Origin: Eledone cirrhosa
Taxonomy: Eukaryota
Direction: 5' to 3'
Assembly (NCBI GenBank): GCA_964016885.1
Contig: OZ024740.1
Coordinates: 112,964,001-113,028,000, forward strand
Length of the DNA: 64,000 nt
Shown: piece by piece, positions 18,472-33,453 of the stretch
How the letters are laid out: each line of letters begins with the position of its first letter
Position numbering within the stretch: position 1 is the stretch's first letter
The notes under the pieces: model-generated
Told to the model about the DNA's origin: nothing
The model's database searches: none
What the model saw: only the letters and a program-made list of their open reading frames with translations
Program-made: the position numbers and the translations under genes

Positions 18472-18800
18472 GTGTTTTATAAATTTTGACATAGCCAAGG
18501 AAACATACCTTATCAGATGAATTTTCCTTGACTACCCAAGGAAAATTCAACTGATAAGGTATGTTTCCTTGGCTATGTCAAAATTTATAAAACACACTTT
18601 GTATTTTATCTGATGAAAGCGTACCAGAGTTTTTGGTACCCTTGAAATATATATAATAGAATAAATATGGTTTTATAAATATAGTTTCCATTTATTTAAT
18701 ATCATTGAATCTTTACTCCATAAATATGTCGAGTGCTCTGAATCAGTTATAAATATTTATATTTGTTGAATTTCCAACAAATTAAATATCCCCTCTACTT
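18472..18800 (+). mobile_element. Family C element: 5' fold-back plus intact hammerhead at 18602-18663
   Basis: Hairpin at 18472-18597, then tattttat-CTGATGA-aag.gtacca..tggtac.ctt-GAAA-t-ATAT-a-TA^atagaata. Confidence 0.85.
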
Positions 18801-19583
18801 ATATATATATATATATATATATATATGCTCACACACACGTACACAAAGACACACATACACACACTCACACACACTGACCCCCCCCCCCCCCCGCCATATA
18901 TATATATATGTATATATATGGCACTTGAAATGTAATGCCGCATCGTAAATAATTATTATAGTTGATCTCCATAAACATTAGATGAGAAAATAGGATAAAT
19001 TATCCCTGGGGACAGAAAATAGTAGACAGTCACATGTGATTAATCGAATCATCTATATCTCGGATGCCGGGTGAGTGCGTTAACCATTATGTATGCAAAA
19101 GATTCCCAGGCCAACAACGAATATTATTGTAATAATCTAAGTTGAAACACTACATTTCAAATAAAAAAAAAAAAAATCCAACGTTTCTTAAGTCGACCGG
19201 ATGTTTACACTTCTAACAACAGGCTTAAACTCGTTAAAAAGTAATTGGTAGCCATGAAGCCAATAGCGTTCGCCTGTATTCGAGAAAAATAAGCACTTAG
19301 GAGCAACCCGGCCAGTGTTACGGCGAAGTCACGCGTTTTCAACGTGGTGGATGGTGAACTACGCCGGATGAATTCAACTCATAATCTATGGCATATCTCA
19401 TGTGATACTGAGCCAAAGAACTTTGTTGGTCAGGATCACACAAAGTTCAATCAGTGAACTAATACATCTCATTCATTGTTACAGCGTCCGCAGATGAGCC
19501 ATCGAAAGATTAACACGACCCGTGCAAAGAGACCTTGATCTCACTTACTATTCTACGTACCATTCTACAGAACACCTAAACAT

Positions 19584-19772
19584 ATGGTTTCTTTTATAGG
19601 CACAAGGCCGGCAATTTTGGGGAAGAGGAAAGTCCTTTATTTTATCGACCCCATAAGGATGAAAGGCAAAGTAAACGTCGGCGGGATTTGAACTCAGATC
19701 ATAAAGGGCTGTAACTCTATGCTACAAAGCATAGCGTCCGCCCCTCTACCGATACTGCCAATCCACTGTCCT
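19584..19772 (-). mobile_element. tRNA-derived SINE with 16-bp TSD
   Basis: cagaacacctaaacat at 19568-19583 and 19773-19788. Confidence 0.9.
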
Positions 19773-20166
19773 CAGAACACCTAAACATGGAATTTGAATT
19801 GTAGATTAAAATACTCAGATGCGTTACATGTGAATTGAGTGTTCAAGTCCTACTGGAGTTTTATCTTATTTTTTAAAATTCTCTACTACTAATGTTTTAC
19901 ATTGTACCAAATTCAGATATAGGAAAAGAAACTGGAAAATGGCATTTAAAATAATTTAGTGATACAAAGAAATAGGGGATTTTATGCGGGGCCTTTTTCC
20001 CAAATTACACTAGGTGATCTCCCCACGTTGGGGAAATTTTCCTGTTGGAAATGTATTGTTAGAATTATTGTTTTTGGTTAATTTCGAACCTGTTTACTCG
20101 ACGTAAGAATCAGTCTTATGTAATACCTTCTTGTACTGTTCCCCAAGTATTGCGTAATGAAAGGAA

Positions 20167-20198
<32 letters not shown>

Positions 20199-20403
20199 CT
20201 TCTTCTTCTTCTTCTTCTTCTTCTTCTTCTTCTCCCCCTATTATTCTCTTTCTTCTTCCCCCTCCACCTCATACTTCTTCTCCTCTCCTCCCCTCCTCCC
20301 TTCCTATTCCTCCTCCGTCTTCTTCTTCTTCTTCTTCTTCTTCTTCTTCTTCTTCTTCTTCTTCTTCTTCTTCTTCTTCTTCTTCTTCTTCTTCTTCTTC
20401 TTC
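20167..20403. repeat. (TTC)n microsatellites
   Basis: Two pure TTC runs separated by a C/T-rich spacer. Confidence 0.95.
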
Positions 20404-20798
20404 TCTCAATGTGGTTGATTGCCAGAATTGTTAGTACGTCAGATGAAGTCCATTGCAGCTATACCTTACGGCTCTCTAAGTTCTGGTTTCAAAGACCATC
20501 GAGATGAACTTTGCTTTTCATCTTCTGGAGGTCGATAAAATAAAGTACTTGTCAAGTACCGGGTCGATATAATCGACATTTTACCACAACCCAATTGCTA
20601 TCTTTGTGCCAATATAAGAAAGAATTATTATTAGTAGTAGTAATTGTATAAGTAGTAGAATATTCTGGATATAAAAGTGGTAATTATTATTGATATATTC
20701 TACAGCATCTAGGATTATATTACGATTCTCAAACATTTAACGTCATCCATACATACATTTACACACAAGTATACACATATACTAACGGAAAAAAGACC

Positions 20799-20912
<114 letters not shown>

Positions 20913-20982
20913 CACACGCACACACACACACACACATACACACACACACTCACACACACACACAGCTCTGATATAAAACTTC

Positions 20983-21281
20983 ACTGGGAGTGAAGGAGCC
21001 CTAGCCTTTGTCAGGGCATTCTTCTAGGAGAAGGCAACTCAGGAAACTGGGATAACTCTGATATAAAACCTGCGCCTCAGTAGTTACCGATGATGTTGAT
21101 GTTTTCTTCTTTTGGGGTTATAGCTACTGTCGCTCAGAGAGTGGGATTGGCTCAGTGCACAGTATTTCCTCACTTTAAAAAATATCTTCATGCACAGGCA
21201 TTGCACGATAGAATTAATTAATAATTGTTAATAATGTTATATCGTGCAATGGCCATACTCGAGGACGAGGGGGCAGCCATC
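20983..21281 (+). mobile_element. Non-autonomous RTE-like retroposon with (TGTA)n tail
   Basis: Homologous to 1143-1466; ends ...gcagccat followed by (tgta)n. Confidence 0.65.
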
Positions 21282-21350
21282 ATGTATGTATGTATGTATG
21301 TATGTATGTATGTATGTATGTATGTATGTATTTATGTATGTATGTATGTA

Positions 21351-21977
21351 TGTCAGGTCACCAGTTTATGTCAGGTCACCAGTTGGTGCTACTGGTAACA
21401 TATATCCCAGTACAACCTGACTCATGTTCGGGTCGTTGGCGACTAAACTGGCAACCCCACCAAGGTTTCTTGGTGAGGAGGGTGACTTTGGACATCCTGC
21501 AAGACTAAAAACAAAACCTGTCAAAGGGCAAAGGAGCTCTTAAGAGTCAATGGCCATCCAAAATCACCGGGAGAGATGACCCCTTAGACTTTGTCAAGGC
21601 AGAATTCTAGGAGAAGGAAAAACTCTGATATAACACCTGCAACCCTGATGGTATCAAATGATGTTGACTTGTTCTTCTTTTTGGTAAATATCATCTTGGT
21701 TAAGAGAGTGGGACTGGCTTTGTGCAGTGCATTTGCTCACTATAAAAGCTTCACGGCACGGGCATTGCTTTATATCTGGAGATCTCTCTGCACTTGTCAT
21801 CACATGGTACCATGGGCCCAGCACTATGTGTCAATAATTGTCACAAGTGTAGTGTTTGTACCAGAGTTTTCAAGTCGCTGGCTGGACTAAAATGTCACAC
21901 TCGTTCAGCGCATCGGTAGGGGTTCTTCTACATGGATATAAAGTAGTGGCCGTACTCAAAAACGAGTTGGCAGCCAT
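21351..21977 (+). mobile_element. Longer related RTE-like non-autonomous element with (TGTA)n tail
   Basis: Shares ctttgtca.ggca..ttctaggagaagg.aaactc and the gtggcc.tactc...gcagccat terminus with 20983-21281. Confidence 0.6.
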
Positions 21978-22300
21978 GTATGTATGTATGTATGTATGTA
22001 TGTATGTATGTATGTATGTATGTATGTATGTATGTATGTATGTATGTATGTATCCATACCTGCATTACAGAAATATCTAATACAATACATATACATACTC
22101 TCTCACACATACCCACACATATATATGTGTATATGTGGGTTATATCGTTGATAACTTAAGACTGTCAGCAAATTCCTGAAATGCGTATGTATACATAAGC
22201 TCTGTTATCAAGAACCTTTCTCATTCTGTGTTGTCAACTAATCGAAATTTGAACGACAATATAATCTTTCACGTTTAAACGAAACAAAGTAAGATGTTGA

Positions 22301-22331
<31 letters not shown>

Positions 22332-22350
22332 GTAACTATATATATATATG

Positions 22351-22392
<42 letters not shown>

Positions 22393-22466
22393 AATATATA
22401 TATATAGTTACACAAATAACAACACAAACACAGGATGCAAAAAAACGAAGGCTTACTAGTATCACG

Positions 22467-22554
<88 letters not shown>

Positions 22555-22599
22555 TTATGTATGTGTGTGTGTATGTTAGTATACACACATACATATAAG

Positions 22600-22652
<53 letters not shown>

Positions 22653-23394
22653 ACACACACATATATATTCGCACACACAATAGCGTTTTGAAATGAAAAG
22701 GGCATTTGGAAAGACACTTTGTTGAAAAACCTAGTAACTAAGTAACGAAGAACAAAGAGTCATCATTAAAATCTTACATACAGTATGGCGAACAATGATA
22801 GAGAAGAATTATGTAGAGATACGCTCCTTACATTGAAAGTGTCCTTTTTAACAGAAACATCCCTAATTATCGATGACAGCTTACATCTAAGTAGATATAA
22901 ACAAGCGAGTTCCACCCAGCCCTAACACCTATTACACAGAGTATTTAGACTATTGCAATATATCTCGAAATTCTATGAGTTGATGTAGAATTTATTGCGA
23001 TGATTTTTTACTTAATGCATTTTCGCAGTTCTTCTGTCCAAATAGTTTCGACGAGAAAATTCAATCAAAAGTTGATTTCTAGTTTCAGGTTTCAAGTAAC
23101 TTCGTCTGTTAGAATAATTTTCTCCTTTACTAGATGGCTTATAGTCGCGTTAAGCATAGCATGCCTATATATGTATATGATCCATGTATGTATGTATGTA
23201 TGTATGTATGTATGTATGTATGTATGTATGTATGTATGTATGTATGTATGTATGTATGTATGTATGAAGGTATGTATGTATGTATGCATACATGTATGCA
23301 TGTATGTTTGTATGTATATATATATGTATGTAGTTATGTACGTATATACATTTATATAAGTATACATTTATATATGTACGCATATATATATATT

Positions 23395-23467
<73 letters not shown>

Positions 23468-24405
23468 CTCTGTGTGTCTTTAGATGCATATATATGAGTG
23501 TTGTATGTATATATATATATACACATATACATATATACATATACATATAGAAACGAATGTATGCATGTATGTCAGTATTCACGCACCTTACCAATATATG
23601 TTCAAACCGAAAGACTAGCAGCTGAAGCGCCATGTATACAAAATAATTACAAATGACATCTCGCCATTTTGCACATCGTAAAGAGTCGAACCGAAAATGA
23701 ACTGCGATGCGAAAGGGCTTTGAGGAGTAATCTATGGTGGTGCTATTTAATTGCCATGGTTACTGATCACCACGACAAATTGACTAAATCAACAAGTAAT
23801 GTACTTTTCAGTGACACACAGAGAGAACCTCTATTGTATTAATGGGTTTCTTGTAAGGCATGCAGTTTCTGAAATAACATTTACACTCATTCATCGGCTA
23901 CCACAATCTCCATTCACCATACACTCACACACACTGACACGCAGGCACACATAAATAAACACAAACACACACACACACAGACACAGATATATCCGATGAT
24001 ATATATTCATGCATATATGCATATATGCAAGTACATGTATCTATCTGTAGATATATGCACATATATAGACAAATGGCAGCACACACATACACACATACAC
24101 ATGTATATATAGTGTAGTTTTGTAATGAATATCTACAGCTGGGGGAACACTCCTCTGTAGAAAGAGTCTGTGGTATATATATATACATACATGCATATAT
24201 ACATATATATATATATATGTATATTTATGTATATATATATATGGGTGTGTGTGTATATATATATATACATACACGCACCATTATACAATCAATTATACAC
24301 ACACTCAAACGGTCTTTTTATATTATAACTATTTACATAAGCACTACCACTCTCTCTCTCTCTTTCTATCTGTTCACCATTCTATCTATCTATTTACCTG
24401 TCTAA

Positions 24406-24453
<48 letters not shown>

Positions 24454-25349
24454 ATATCTGTCTTTCTGTCTCTCTTCTGTCTTTCTGTTTTTCTTTTTGC
24501 CTGTATATCCTGTTTCAGAATGGTCGAATGCAAGAATCGTTATAGCATCGGACAAAATGTCTAGTGGTGCCTGTTCCCGCTGTTTGCTTTCTGTGTAAAG
24601 TACTGGCATTGATTTAATTGACCTTTCCCCAGTCTAAAATTGCTGGCCGTGTATCTAAATTATAAACTATTACCTGTGTATGTGTTGCTTTTTCCTCAAT
24701 CTCTTTTTCGTTTCCTCTCCCTCTCTGTCTCTCTTCCTTCCCCTCTCTGCCCCTCTTTCTCTTCCCCTTCCTCTCTGTCTCTCTCCCCCACCCCTCTCTA
24801 TTCCTCTCTGTGTAGTGTGGATATTTGTAGATTGAACGTTAATGATTCACATGCCAATAATTCAGACTTTCATAGACACGGGTGATCGTGTCTAATCGAC
24901 CAAATATTGATGTATTGAAAAGTGAAGAAATGTTGTGTAAATTACTTGAAATTTTAATATTTGAGATGACTATTGCAGAAAAGTAAACGTCTCTAACATC
25001 AAAGAAGCAATTTGGCAGTTTCGTTAGAAATTAGATGGGATATTTTTGTCTGACTGTCTACACTCTGTGTACAAATTATGTCGATGTCTACTTTGTCTTT
25101 CATCTTTTCAGGATTGATCATGAATGTACCTGTCCTGTGCTGTTGAGGTCCTCTTTCCCTTCAGCTATCGCATATTTGAGGTTCTGCTGGATCAAGTGAG
25201 GGGGCTCAAGAGGTTGGCTGTGCCTACTCGAGAATGTATAGGTACATAACATCTTTAGTGAAAGCACGGTATATACGAGTAAATCAATTGTGAATGACGG
25301 ACGTAGTTATATCTAGTGTGGTATTTATAGTGCAGCTCCGTTGTTTAAC

Positions 25350-25965
25350 TGTTTCTACATTTGGCACAGGTATAGCAATTTGAAGGGAATGAGGAAGTTG
25401 ATTATATCAACTCAAATGCGTTATTGGTTCTTTAATTTATCAACGCCGTAATGATAAAAAGCGAAGTTAACCCCAGTGGGATTTGAACTCAGAACGTAAA
25501 GAGCAGTAACTATATATAGAAAAGCCTGTTGTTCGACACTCTACCAATTCTACTGCTAATCCAGCGCCTCTAGTTTTAGGAAAAAATAGTTTCTAATTTA
25601 GGTACACAATCAGACATTGGCCCCAGTGCTTGACTAATGCTTTATTTTATGGACCTCGGGAAGATGAAATGTAAAGTTGACTCGGTGTTTGAATTCAGAA
25701 ACTAAACAATACATAACACCAAGAAATGGGATCCCTTTGAATAGTATCTCATCAGTTAAATGGTTATCTCCAATAAGAATTATACAAAAGTAACATAGCA
25801 ATCATGGTTTGAATTGGCAGAGTCGTTAGGGATTCGAGTATAATGTATTGCAGTATTTTTCCGGCTCTTTGCGCTCTAATTTTAAATCCCGTCGAAGTCA
25901 ACATTACCTTTAACATTTTGAGGTCGACAAATAAAGTACTAGTCACGTACTGGGGTCGATTCTCC
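25350..25965. mobile_element. Cluster of three old SINE copies (-, -, +)
   Basis: Recognisable atttgaactcag / aaatcccgtcgaagtcaac and gtcgac-aaataaagtac motifs. Confidence 0.65.
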
Positions 25966-27719
25966 TCTCTGGCCTTCTTTAATTCTCTGGAAGAAATTAA
26001 CTGTGGTTAAACCTTGAGTGGAATGGACTCTGTCAGATTTAAATGTCCAAGGAGCACCGTATATCACGACGGCGCCACCATGACTATCAGGTATTAAGAG
26101 CGCAACGAATGAATGATACATGGAATTCATATTAGGAAAATTAAGTTTCTGCCTTATTTGGGACAGCTTTTCAGGGACTATGTGTCTATTTTAGTAATTT
26201 TATCCGATCGTCTACGGACCCCGCTTTCTAGTCCTTAAGCTAATGATAATTAATAATCATATCTGACATAGGCACACTGACTCTTGGGAAAGGCACTGTT
26301 GCTTAAATCCCCCAGTACGTTATCGGTATTATTTCATCAATCCCGGAGGGAGAGTAAGTCATTTTATCCAGCGCAGTACAAATTCTGCTATCTATTACAT
26401 TTTAGATAAATAAATATTGAAAAAGAGACCCAGTGAAAGCACTAATTAACATAAGCGTAAAATGTAATTACTATTCGTAATTCAGTCGTAAATGCAATGA
26501 TATTTCTTATAAGAGGGTAAGACAAAAACAAATAAATAAACAAACAAACAAACTATTACGGTCTAGTGGTCCAACGATAGGTAATTAAAGAAAATAATTA
26601 CAACGACAAAATACATCTTATTTGACATGCCATGACAACGAAGTCTGAAAGAGCGCCGAGGAAATAGAGAGAAGTATAAAGATCGCCATGATAATGGCAT
26701 CAATCACAGGAGGTATAGATAAACACAGTAATGACTTTCTTCCCAAAACAGATATTCTCCAAGGTAAAGGAAATATAATGAATCACTAAGTAAATTTCTA
26801 AACAGGACAGCGATAATAAAACTAAATAATAAAGATGTAAAAACAAAGAAAACAAGAAATAATCTTCTAAAGAGAATGGAATGGACCTCCGTTGGTGTAG
26901 ACGATGATTATACCAGTTGTTTAATCAACGAAATAGTTTGCTAGTGAAATTAACGTAGAAATGGCTGAGAACATTCGACAGACGCATGCAACTTTAACGT
27001 AATTCTCAGGGAGAATCAGTATGAGAGCGTGAATTGCAGGTACAGTTTTTTCCCAAGCTAGCGGACAGTTTCCGTTTACCAGCTCTCATACCCAAAGCAT
27101 TATTAATCTCGAGCCAACAGTAATACATGCCTAAGATGCAACAGATTGGGACTGTACCCAATACTATCTGGTTGCCAAGTATAACAATATCTGTGCTTAT
27201 GTGTCGATAGTGTTTTTATCATTTTACGTTTATTCTGTGAATTGGTATTGGTGAAAAACTAAAGATGAAATATAAACTTAAATAGTCGTTTTTATCAATC
27301 TTTTTACACAAATAATTCTAGATCTAAAGTTGTCCTAGAGCAGTTTTTCAAAACATGACCATCACGCTAGCAAAACGTGATTTAATATTGTCCGAGCAGT
27401 TGAAAACATGGATTCGTGTTGAAAACATAGATTCATACTGGGTCTTGAGCTAACAACCACATTTGTAAGAAAACTGGCATTTGTGAGAAAACTGAAAATA
27501 TGGGTTGGCACAATCAAGTAAGGTCTTGAAATTCGTTGTGATATGTATTTACGTATGTATGGTTCCGTAACTCCGGAGGAAATCGTTGGGGCCCCGTATT
27601 GGCATACGGCGTTTCTATAGTTTTTTAAAATATGATGGAGCCCAATCTACTCCAAGGTTTCAATACAGCTGATTTCTTCCAGGGTAGGATAGAGAATGAG
27701 AGAATATAGAAGAAGAATT

Positions 27720-27875
27720 GACCGCAGTACTTGGCTGGTAATTTAGTATCGACCCTGAATGGATGAAAGGCAAAGTTGACCTTGGCGGGATTTGAACTCA
27801 GAGAGCTGAGAGTCGAAACGAATACCGCAAATCATTCTATCCGAAGTTCTAACGATTCTTCCAATTCACCGCCTT
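27720..27875 (-). mobile_element. tRNA-derived SINE (older subfamily)
   Basis: ggatgaaaggcaaagttgaccttggcgggatttgaactcag. Confidence 0.8.
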
Positions 27876-27887
27876 CGTTGTCATATA

Positions 27888-27968
27888 TTAGGTCGTCAAG
27901 TATAAAATTTGTAGCAACTTGTAGAAAAAAAAAGCAAATTTCTACAAATTTCATATTTGACGACCCAA
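27888..27968. mobile_element. ~80-bp palindromic mariner-type MITE (second copy)
   Basis: ttaggtcgtcaagtataaaatttgtag...ctacaaatttcatatttgacgacccaa. Confidence 0.7.
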
Positions 27969-28645
27969 TGCATTGTCATATATGCTTCTTTGGTTTTAGA
28001 AGGCCAGCTAAAAACATGGATTTGCACAATCAAATAGGATCTTGAGCTTATATCTGGCCCTCATATATATAGTGGAATATTGACTAGATAATAATAAGAG
28101 CGTTGGACGTTTGTAATCTCGCAGTACGGGTGGTTTCTCTTCACCATGCTGCAGATTCACTCACTGGTGCCAGTCGAATCCACACTGGTGGAACGTTACT
28201 ACAAGTATTTGTACAATTGTTCCTACGAAAGCAATCGCTCTTCAAGTAATTACCATTTATACTGAAACATTTCATAAATAACATGAATTTTGTGTATGTG
28301 TATGTCGGGGGAGGGGTGAATATACGTCAAAGTTAAGATAAAATATTTACATTTCCAAAGATAACGCCATATCCTGATTGATATGCATAAATACGTACAC
28401 ACACACACACAGACACACACATATATATATATAAATATATATTTACATATATACTTCCATATACTTACATATATACTTACATATACTTACATACGTACAC
28501 ACATACACATACATAATACAGGCACACATTTATTGAATTACGCAGAAACACACCCACATACATATGTAAATGATTTTTGATACATATATAAATGCATCAA
28601 AATAAATACAGATACTAAGTTAAAGATACCAAAGGTACACACACA

Positions 28646-28706
<61 letters not shown>

Positions 28707-28708
<2 letters not shown>

Positions 28709-28899
28709 CGAAGGAATTGTGGTAAGGAACCAGATGGACCATAACGCACCAGAATACTCAATACTTAGGGTAGTAGAGTGGGTAATAGGAAAAAGTATGA
28801 CCCCGACGGAAGAGCTCAAGCCGTTTCGACGGCTATTTCTAGACCAGAAATAGCCGTCGAAACGGCTTGAGCTCTGCTGTCGGGGTCATACTTTTTCCT
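28707..28899. mobile_element. Fold-back element, family B
   Basis: Arms ~28786-28839 and 28847-28899, ~80-bp tail on the left, (TA)n on both sides. Confidence 0.9.
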
Positions 28900-29314
28900 A
28901 TATACATATATATATATATATATATAAATATATATACACGCAAACACCCACCCACAGATACATATATATGGTAGCAGGTCGAGTATATCTCTAAACATTT
29001 TAGGTGTATGTTCATGCGCTTTTCATATACGTGCATATATGTGGTTTTGCTATACGAATATAGGTTAACATGAATAATTGATTTGTATTTAAAATCCTTT
29101 CGCCTTGTTCCATCGGTCTAATGCTGTGGTCTAAGATTACTATCAGTTAATTAGACTTTATTGATCACCAACTGGCCATTGTATTTGTTATTGAGAATGG
29201 AAATCAGAGATAAGACATAATAAGAAGGGAGTAAAATAAATACATTTTGTTTGCAATCTTTGCTCAAGATATTATTTATTAGAGAAATAGGAAATTATAC
29301 ACAGACACATATGC

Positions 29315-29405
<91 letters not shown>

Positions 29406-29888
29406 ATTATAATGGTTTCACTCATTGAATTCTGAGCATGCTGGGTCAACCCTGGCCATGTTCAAGGTTTTACTCGATTACATCGGCCCACTACACTGGT
29501 ACGTATTTTATCAATGTCTATTCGTAAAACCTCTAAAATACTGCCTATAAAGAGGCACAGCATAAGCATAACATCAGTTATTCGGTGTAAACATACACGC
29601 ATTCACTAAAAAAAACCCCCAAAATACCCAAAGCCGACACACTAATGAAAATATACGCAACACTCAGAAAAAAACATGCAACACTCATAGACAAAAAGAC
29701 GGACACACTCATAAAATACACGCACTCATAACATATACGTACACACTCATAAAAAACACGCACAGAGTATGGTTGCCCTGGGAACCTCTCTGCTGTATAC
29801 CTACACCAACATTTTCTGTTTGTATTTCATAATACCGTCATAACTTCCAGTTTATGTAAATTCGAACTCTGTCATATCTTTCTTTATG

Positions 29889-29930
<42 letters not shown>

Positions 29931-30244
29931 TATATTTGTTAAAAACTTGGCAGCTAAAGACAATGTAGCTGTTTATTTCTTCCTTATCTCAATATATTGT
30001 GTTGTTACTTATAATGTTTTGCTTCATTATGTACATCTGGGGATTTCTTGTGGGGAGGATTTGATCTTGAGCTGCGATCAAAAATCCTTTAGTTAATCTT
30101 GGTTTAGTTAATCTCTGCTATTCTTAACCAATGTTTTGAATGTTCGTTGTTTACTTCTTTCAAGTTAAGCCTTTTTCAGTATTGAATATGTAGCAGTATT
30201 ATAGCATTTTGTTGAAATATTTAGCTTAGATTTTAGCCTTTATT

Positions 30245-32540
30245 ATTATTGTCACTTTGTTATACAGTGTAGATAGAAAATGCAGCTGTGTGTTTGGTTA
30301 TCTGTCAAGTCACAACAAGGAACTCAGTCAGATAATACCTCCCTTAAAATGTGTGCACTGCCTAGCAAGGCTGCTATTTGTATGACACCAATCTTGCAAG
30401 GTATTCCCAATCGCTATAAGAAGCCTTGGGGTTTCAATGTAATTGACTGTAATGTCTCTACCACAACTGGGGTCACTTTCACAATACCCTCTCACATTGC
30501 AAAGAGTCTTGCCATCTACACTTTCCATTCGCAATACTTGATGATATTTTTCAACCACTTTACTCGCAAAATTCGTATCATTTTGTTTGGCTGTGTCTAT
30601 GATCTGACAACATTTGTCTTTCTTGTTCAATACAACAATGTTCAACTACTGTATCAGTCTGAAAATCATAATCCCAGAATATCGTTTCTTTCCCATCCTC
30701 CTGCATTACATTACAAGGTATATGCTCATACCAATTATCTATTAATTTGTACTGGTATTTACGACGCAACAGCCAATGAAGTTACAAACAGATATTATCA
30801 TGGCGGCACTTGCAATCCTTTTGCGCAAGGCTCTCACATTCATTTACAAAGTGGGTTACATTTTCCACATGCGTCTGTATTTCTGGGTGTCAGAAGTTTT
30901 GTAGATGTTATACTTCACCGAATTGGTAGCAAGAACTTGTGTTGCAATCGTAAGACCTTCAGTGGTACGCTTAAAATTGCCTTGCTTAAGCTATGCCCAT
31001 GATGTTGGCTTATCCTTGATATCCTGTGTATTTCTTTCTAATTCCCGTACATTTTCCTTTCCAGATCTCTTCTCTTCAACTCTTTGGTTAAATTCTTCCT
31101 TACCAGCCATTTCATCTGCATTTATTCCCATATCTTCTGCTTCATATTACAACAACTTTTCGCCAATGTTTACAAGGTATTCGGCAAGCAATCTCCTTTC
31201 ACTCCTTATACAACAATCCACACCGATCAAATCTCTACCACGATTCTTTCCTTTCATGCTCAATCTGTTTATATTTGCTTTAGGATGTAAAGTTCCATAC
31301 CGATGTAACGGCTTCATATCTAGACTGTTCTAACCAAAGAACCTATCTGGTTTTCAGACATCCGAAACAATTTCAGGTCATCCATGAATAGAAGAGAGTT
31401 TATGAATGATCCTTTCGTTCTACATTAGTAATTCATTTTAACTTTCCTACCTGTCAGTGATATGGGTATAGGTGAAATGACAAATAATAATGTTGAAACT
31501 GAGTTACCTTGGAAGATATCCCTTTTCATTTCTACTTCTCCTAACAATACATTACTCAAGCGCAACTTGGTCTTCCACATTAGCATACTACCCAGAAGAA
31601 AATGTAGTATGCTGTCAGCAATACCAAATATCTGCAGCCATTCAACAATCCAAGAATGAGGTATCATATTATATGCTTTCTTAAAGTCAATCTAGGGCAT
31701 AGACATGTTGCTAAGATGTTTTTACAATATCATCAATACTGTGTTATCGATTACCAGGTGATCTTTGGTACTCTTTTATGTAATTTTAATTATCATACTC
31801 CTATCTACACTTTTCATATTCATCGTTTTTCTTTTCTTCAGAGTCATTCATCAAATCCATAAACCGCCTTTGAAATGCAAGCGATTCATCTCTCAACTGA
31901 TCCCCTCCTCTATTGTAACTATCCCCAGTAATACCAGAGTTCACCCAATAACCGCCCTCTTCAATAACAGTCTCATCATAATTTCCCTGTTACTGTTGTC
32001 TATTTTCCTCTCTGACTTCAACTTACAGAAATTGCTTCAGCTTCTACTCTAACCTCATTTTGTTGCTCATCTACAGGATTCTTTGAACGTTTATTAATCC
32101 GAAATATTTCTACTTCAGTTAACCAACCCTAACTTGATTCCTTAGTTTACTTTCTGACATCGAACACATGTTCTTTCTCATCCAAAAGTCCAAAATACGT
32201 CACCCTATCAACGGCTTTCCTCTAGTTTTGCTCTCTCATGACATTCAATGAGTGTAGCGTACTTTTCCTTAGTCCACTTGTGTTTTGATGCACGCACCTT
32301 TGTTGTGCGATCTGTTGCTTGTTAACGACCGTCTGAGGCTAGATCACCTCTCTTGTAAAGGAGGACCCCAAACATGCCGGGCGAGAGACTTTCATCGGAA
32401 TTGGTTCCAGCTTCATTCAGGCTGTTGATTATTTCATTATTCTTTTTGCATAATGATTCCACCGGAGTGGTTTTGGGGGTTTTCATACCCACGAGAATTT
32501 TTATTGAGATACCATCTATATAACCTTCCTTGCCAGGTTA
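30245..32540 (-). pseudogene. Degenerate R4/Dong-like non-LTR retrotransposon (RT plus RLE region)
   Basis: Minus-strand fragments IPHSWIVEWLQIFG..DIFQGNSVSTLLFVI, LLFMDDLK, WYEHIP..IFWDYDFQTD and IIDTA..EKY. Many stops and deletions; short (TAA)n at the 3' end. Confidence 0.8.
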
Positions 32541-33312
32541 AAGAGTGTATTTATAATCATTATTGTCATTATCACCATTAAAGAATTATCATCATCATCA
32601 TTACAGTTTCTGTCTTTCATTCTTCCGGGGTCAATAAATAAAGTAACAGGCCAATACCGGGGTGGATTCTTCCTCTAACTCGCTTTATCACTTTTTCACA
32701 CACCCTCTCTCTCCTTCTCAGTAAGAAATCGGTTGTGATCAGATCTGGAGAAAAATGGACTCCACCAGATTACAATACCCAAGACTCGCCATGCAGACCT
32801 CGCGCCCGATGAGAAATACTTATTTTAATTATCACCATTAATAGCGGTGTAATATATTATTATTGGTTAGATGGTAGTCATCAAGTTTACACTCCGTTTT
32901 TATTCTCTTTATGTCTAGACACTTCAGCATAGAGCCATCACATTCACGAACATTACACTTAACAACGTTTACATCTACATACATCACCAGTTCTTTTACT
33001 CATTTGTCTAATATTGTTTTCATTACACTCGTTTATTTATTTATCTTATCAGATCTGCCATTCTACTTATGCTATTTTTAAAGTTCTAATTACTAACCCT
33101 CAGCTATAGAAAATAGCAATGACCTGGGAAAAGTAAAGAAAAGAAACCAAAAGAAGTATATTTACCACTTACCCAATATATATATATATATATATGTATA
33201 TACACACACACACGCACACGCACACGCACACGCACACGCACACACACACACACACACATATATGGATGCGAAGAGTGACTTACGTACAAGCGTATATATA
33301 TATATATAACAT

Positions 33313-33382
33313 CTCTATCTGACGACCGATCCAGACGTCTATATTATTATCGTCTGTAATCCAGAAACCTTTGGTAATGGAG
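33313..33382 (+). ncRNA. Type I hammerhead ribozyme related to the one at 58443-58513
   Basis: ctctat-CTGACGA-..cagacg..cgtctg..-GAAA-cc-ttt-gg-TA^atggag; 6-bp stem I. Confidence 0.7.
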
Positions 33383-33453
33383 TAGTGCAAGAATTCAACG
33401 TAATATGTATGTATCTATGTTGGTGTTATATCAGATGAAAGAATAGTATTTAA

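Noticed and set aside
20078-20507. Poly-Ser/Leu/Arg ORFs (and poly-His/Gln at 18130-18550)
   Set aside because: Trinucleotide microsatellites with no coding context.
30280-31333. Plus-strand ORFs of 240 and 142 aa
   Set aside because: Antisense shadows of the minus-strand R4/Dong-like element.
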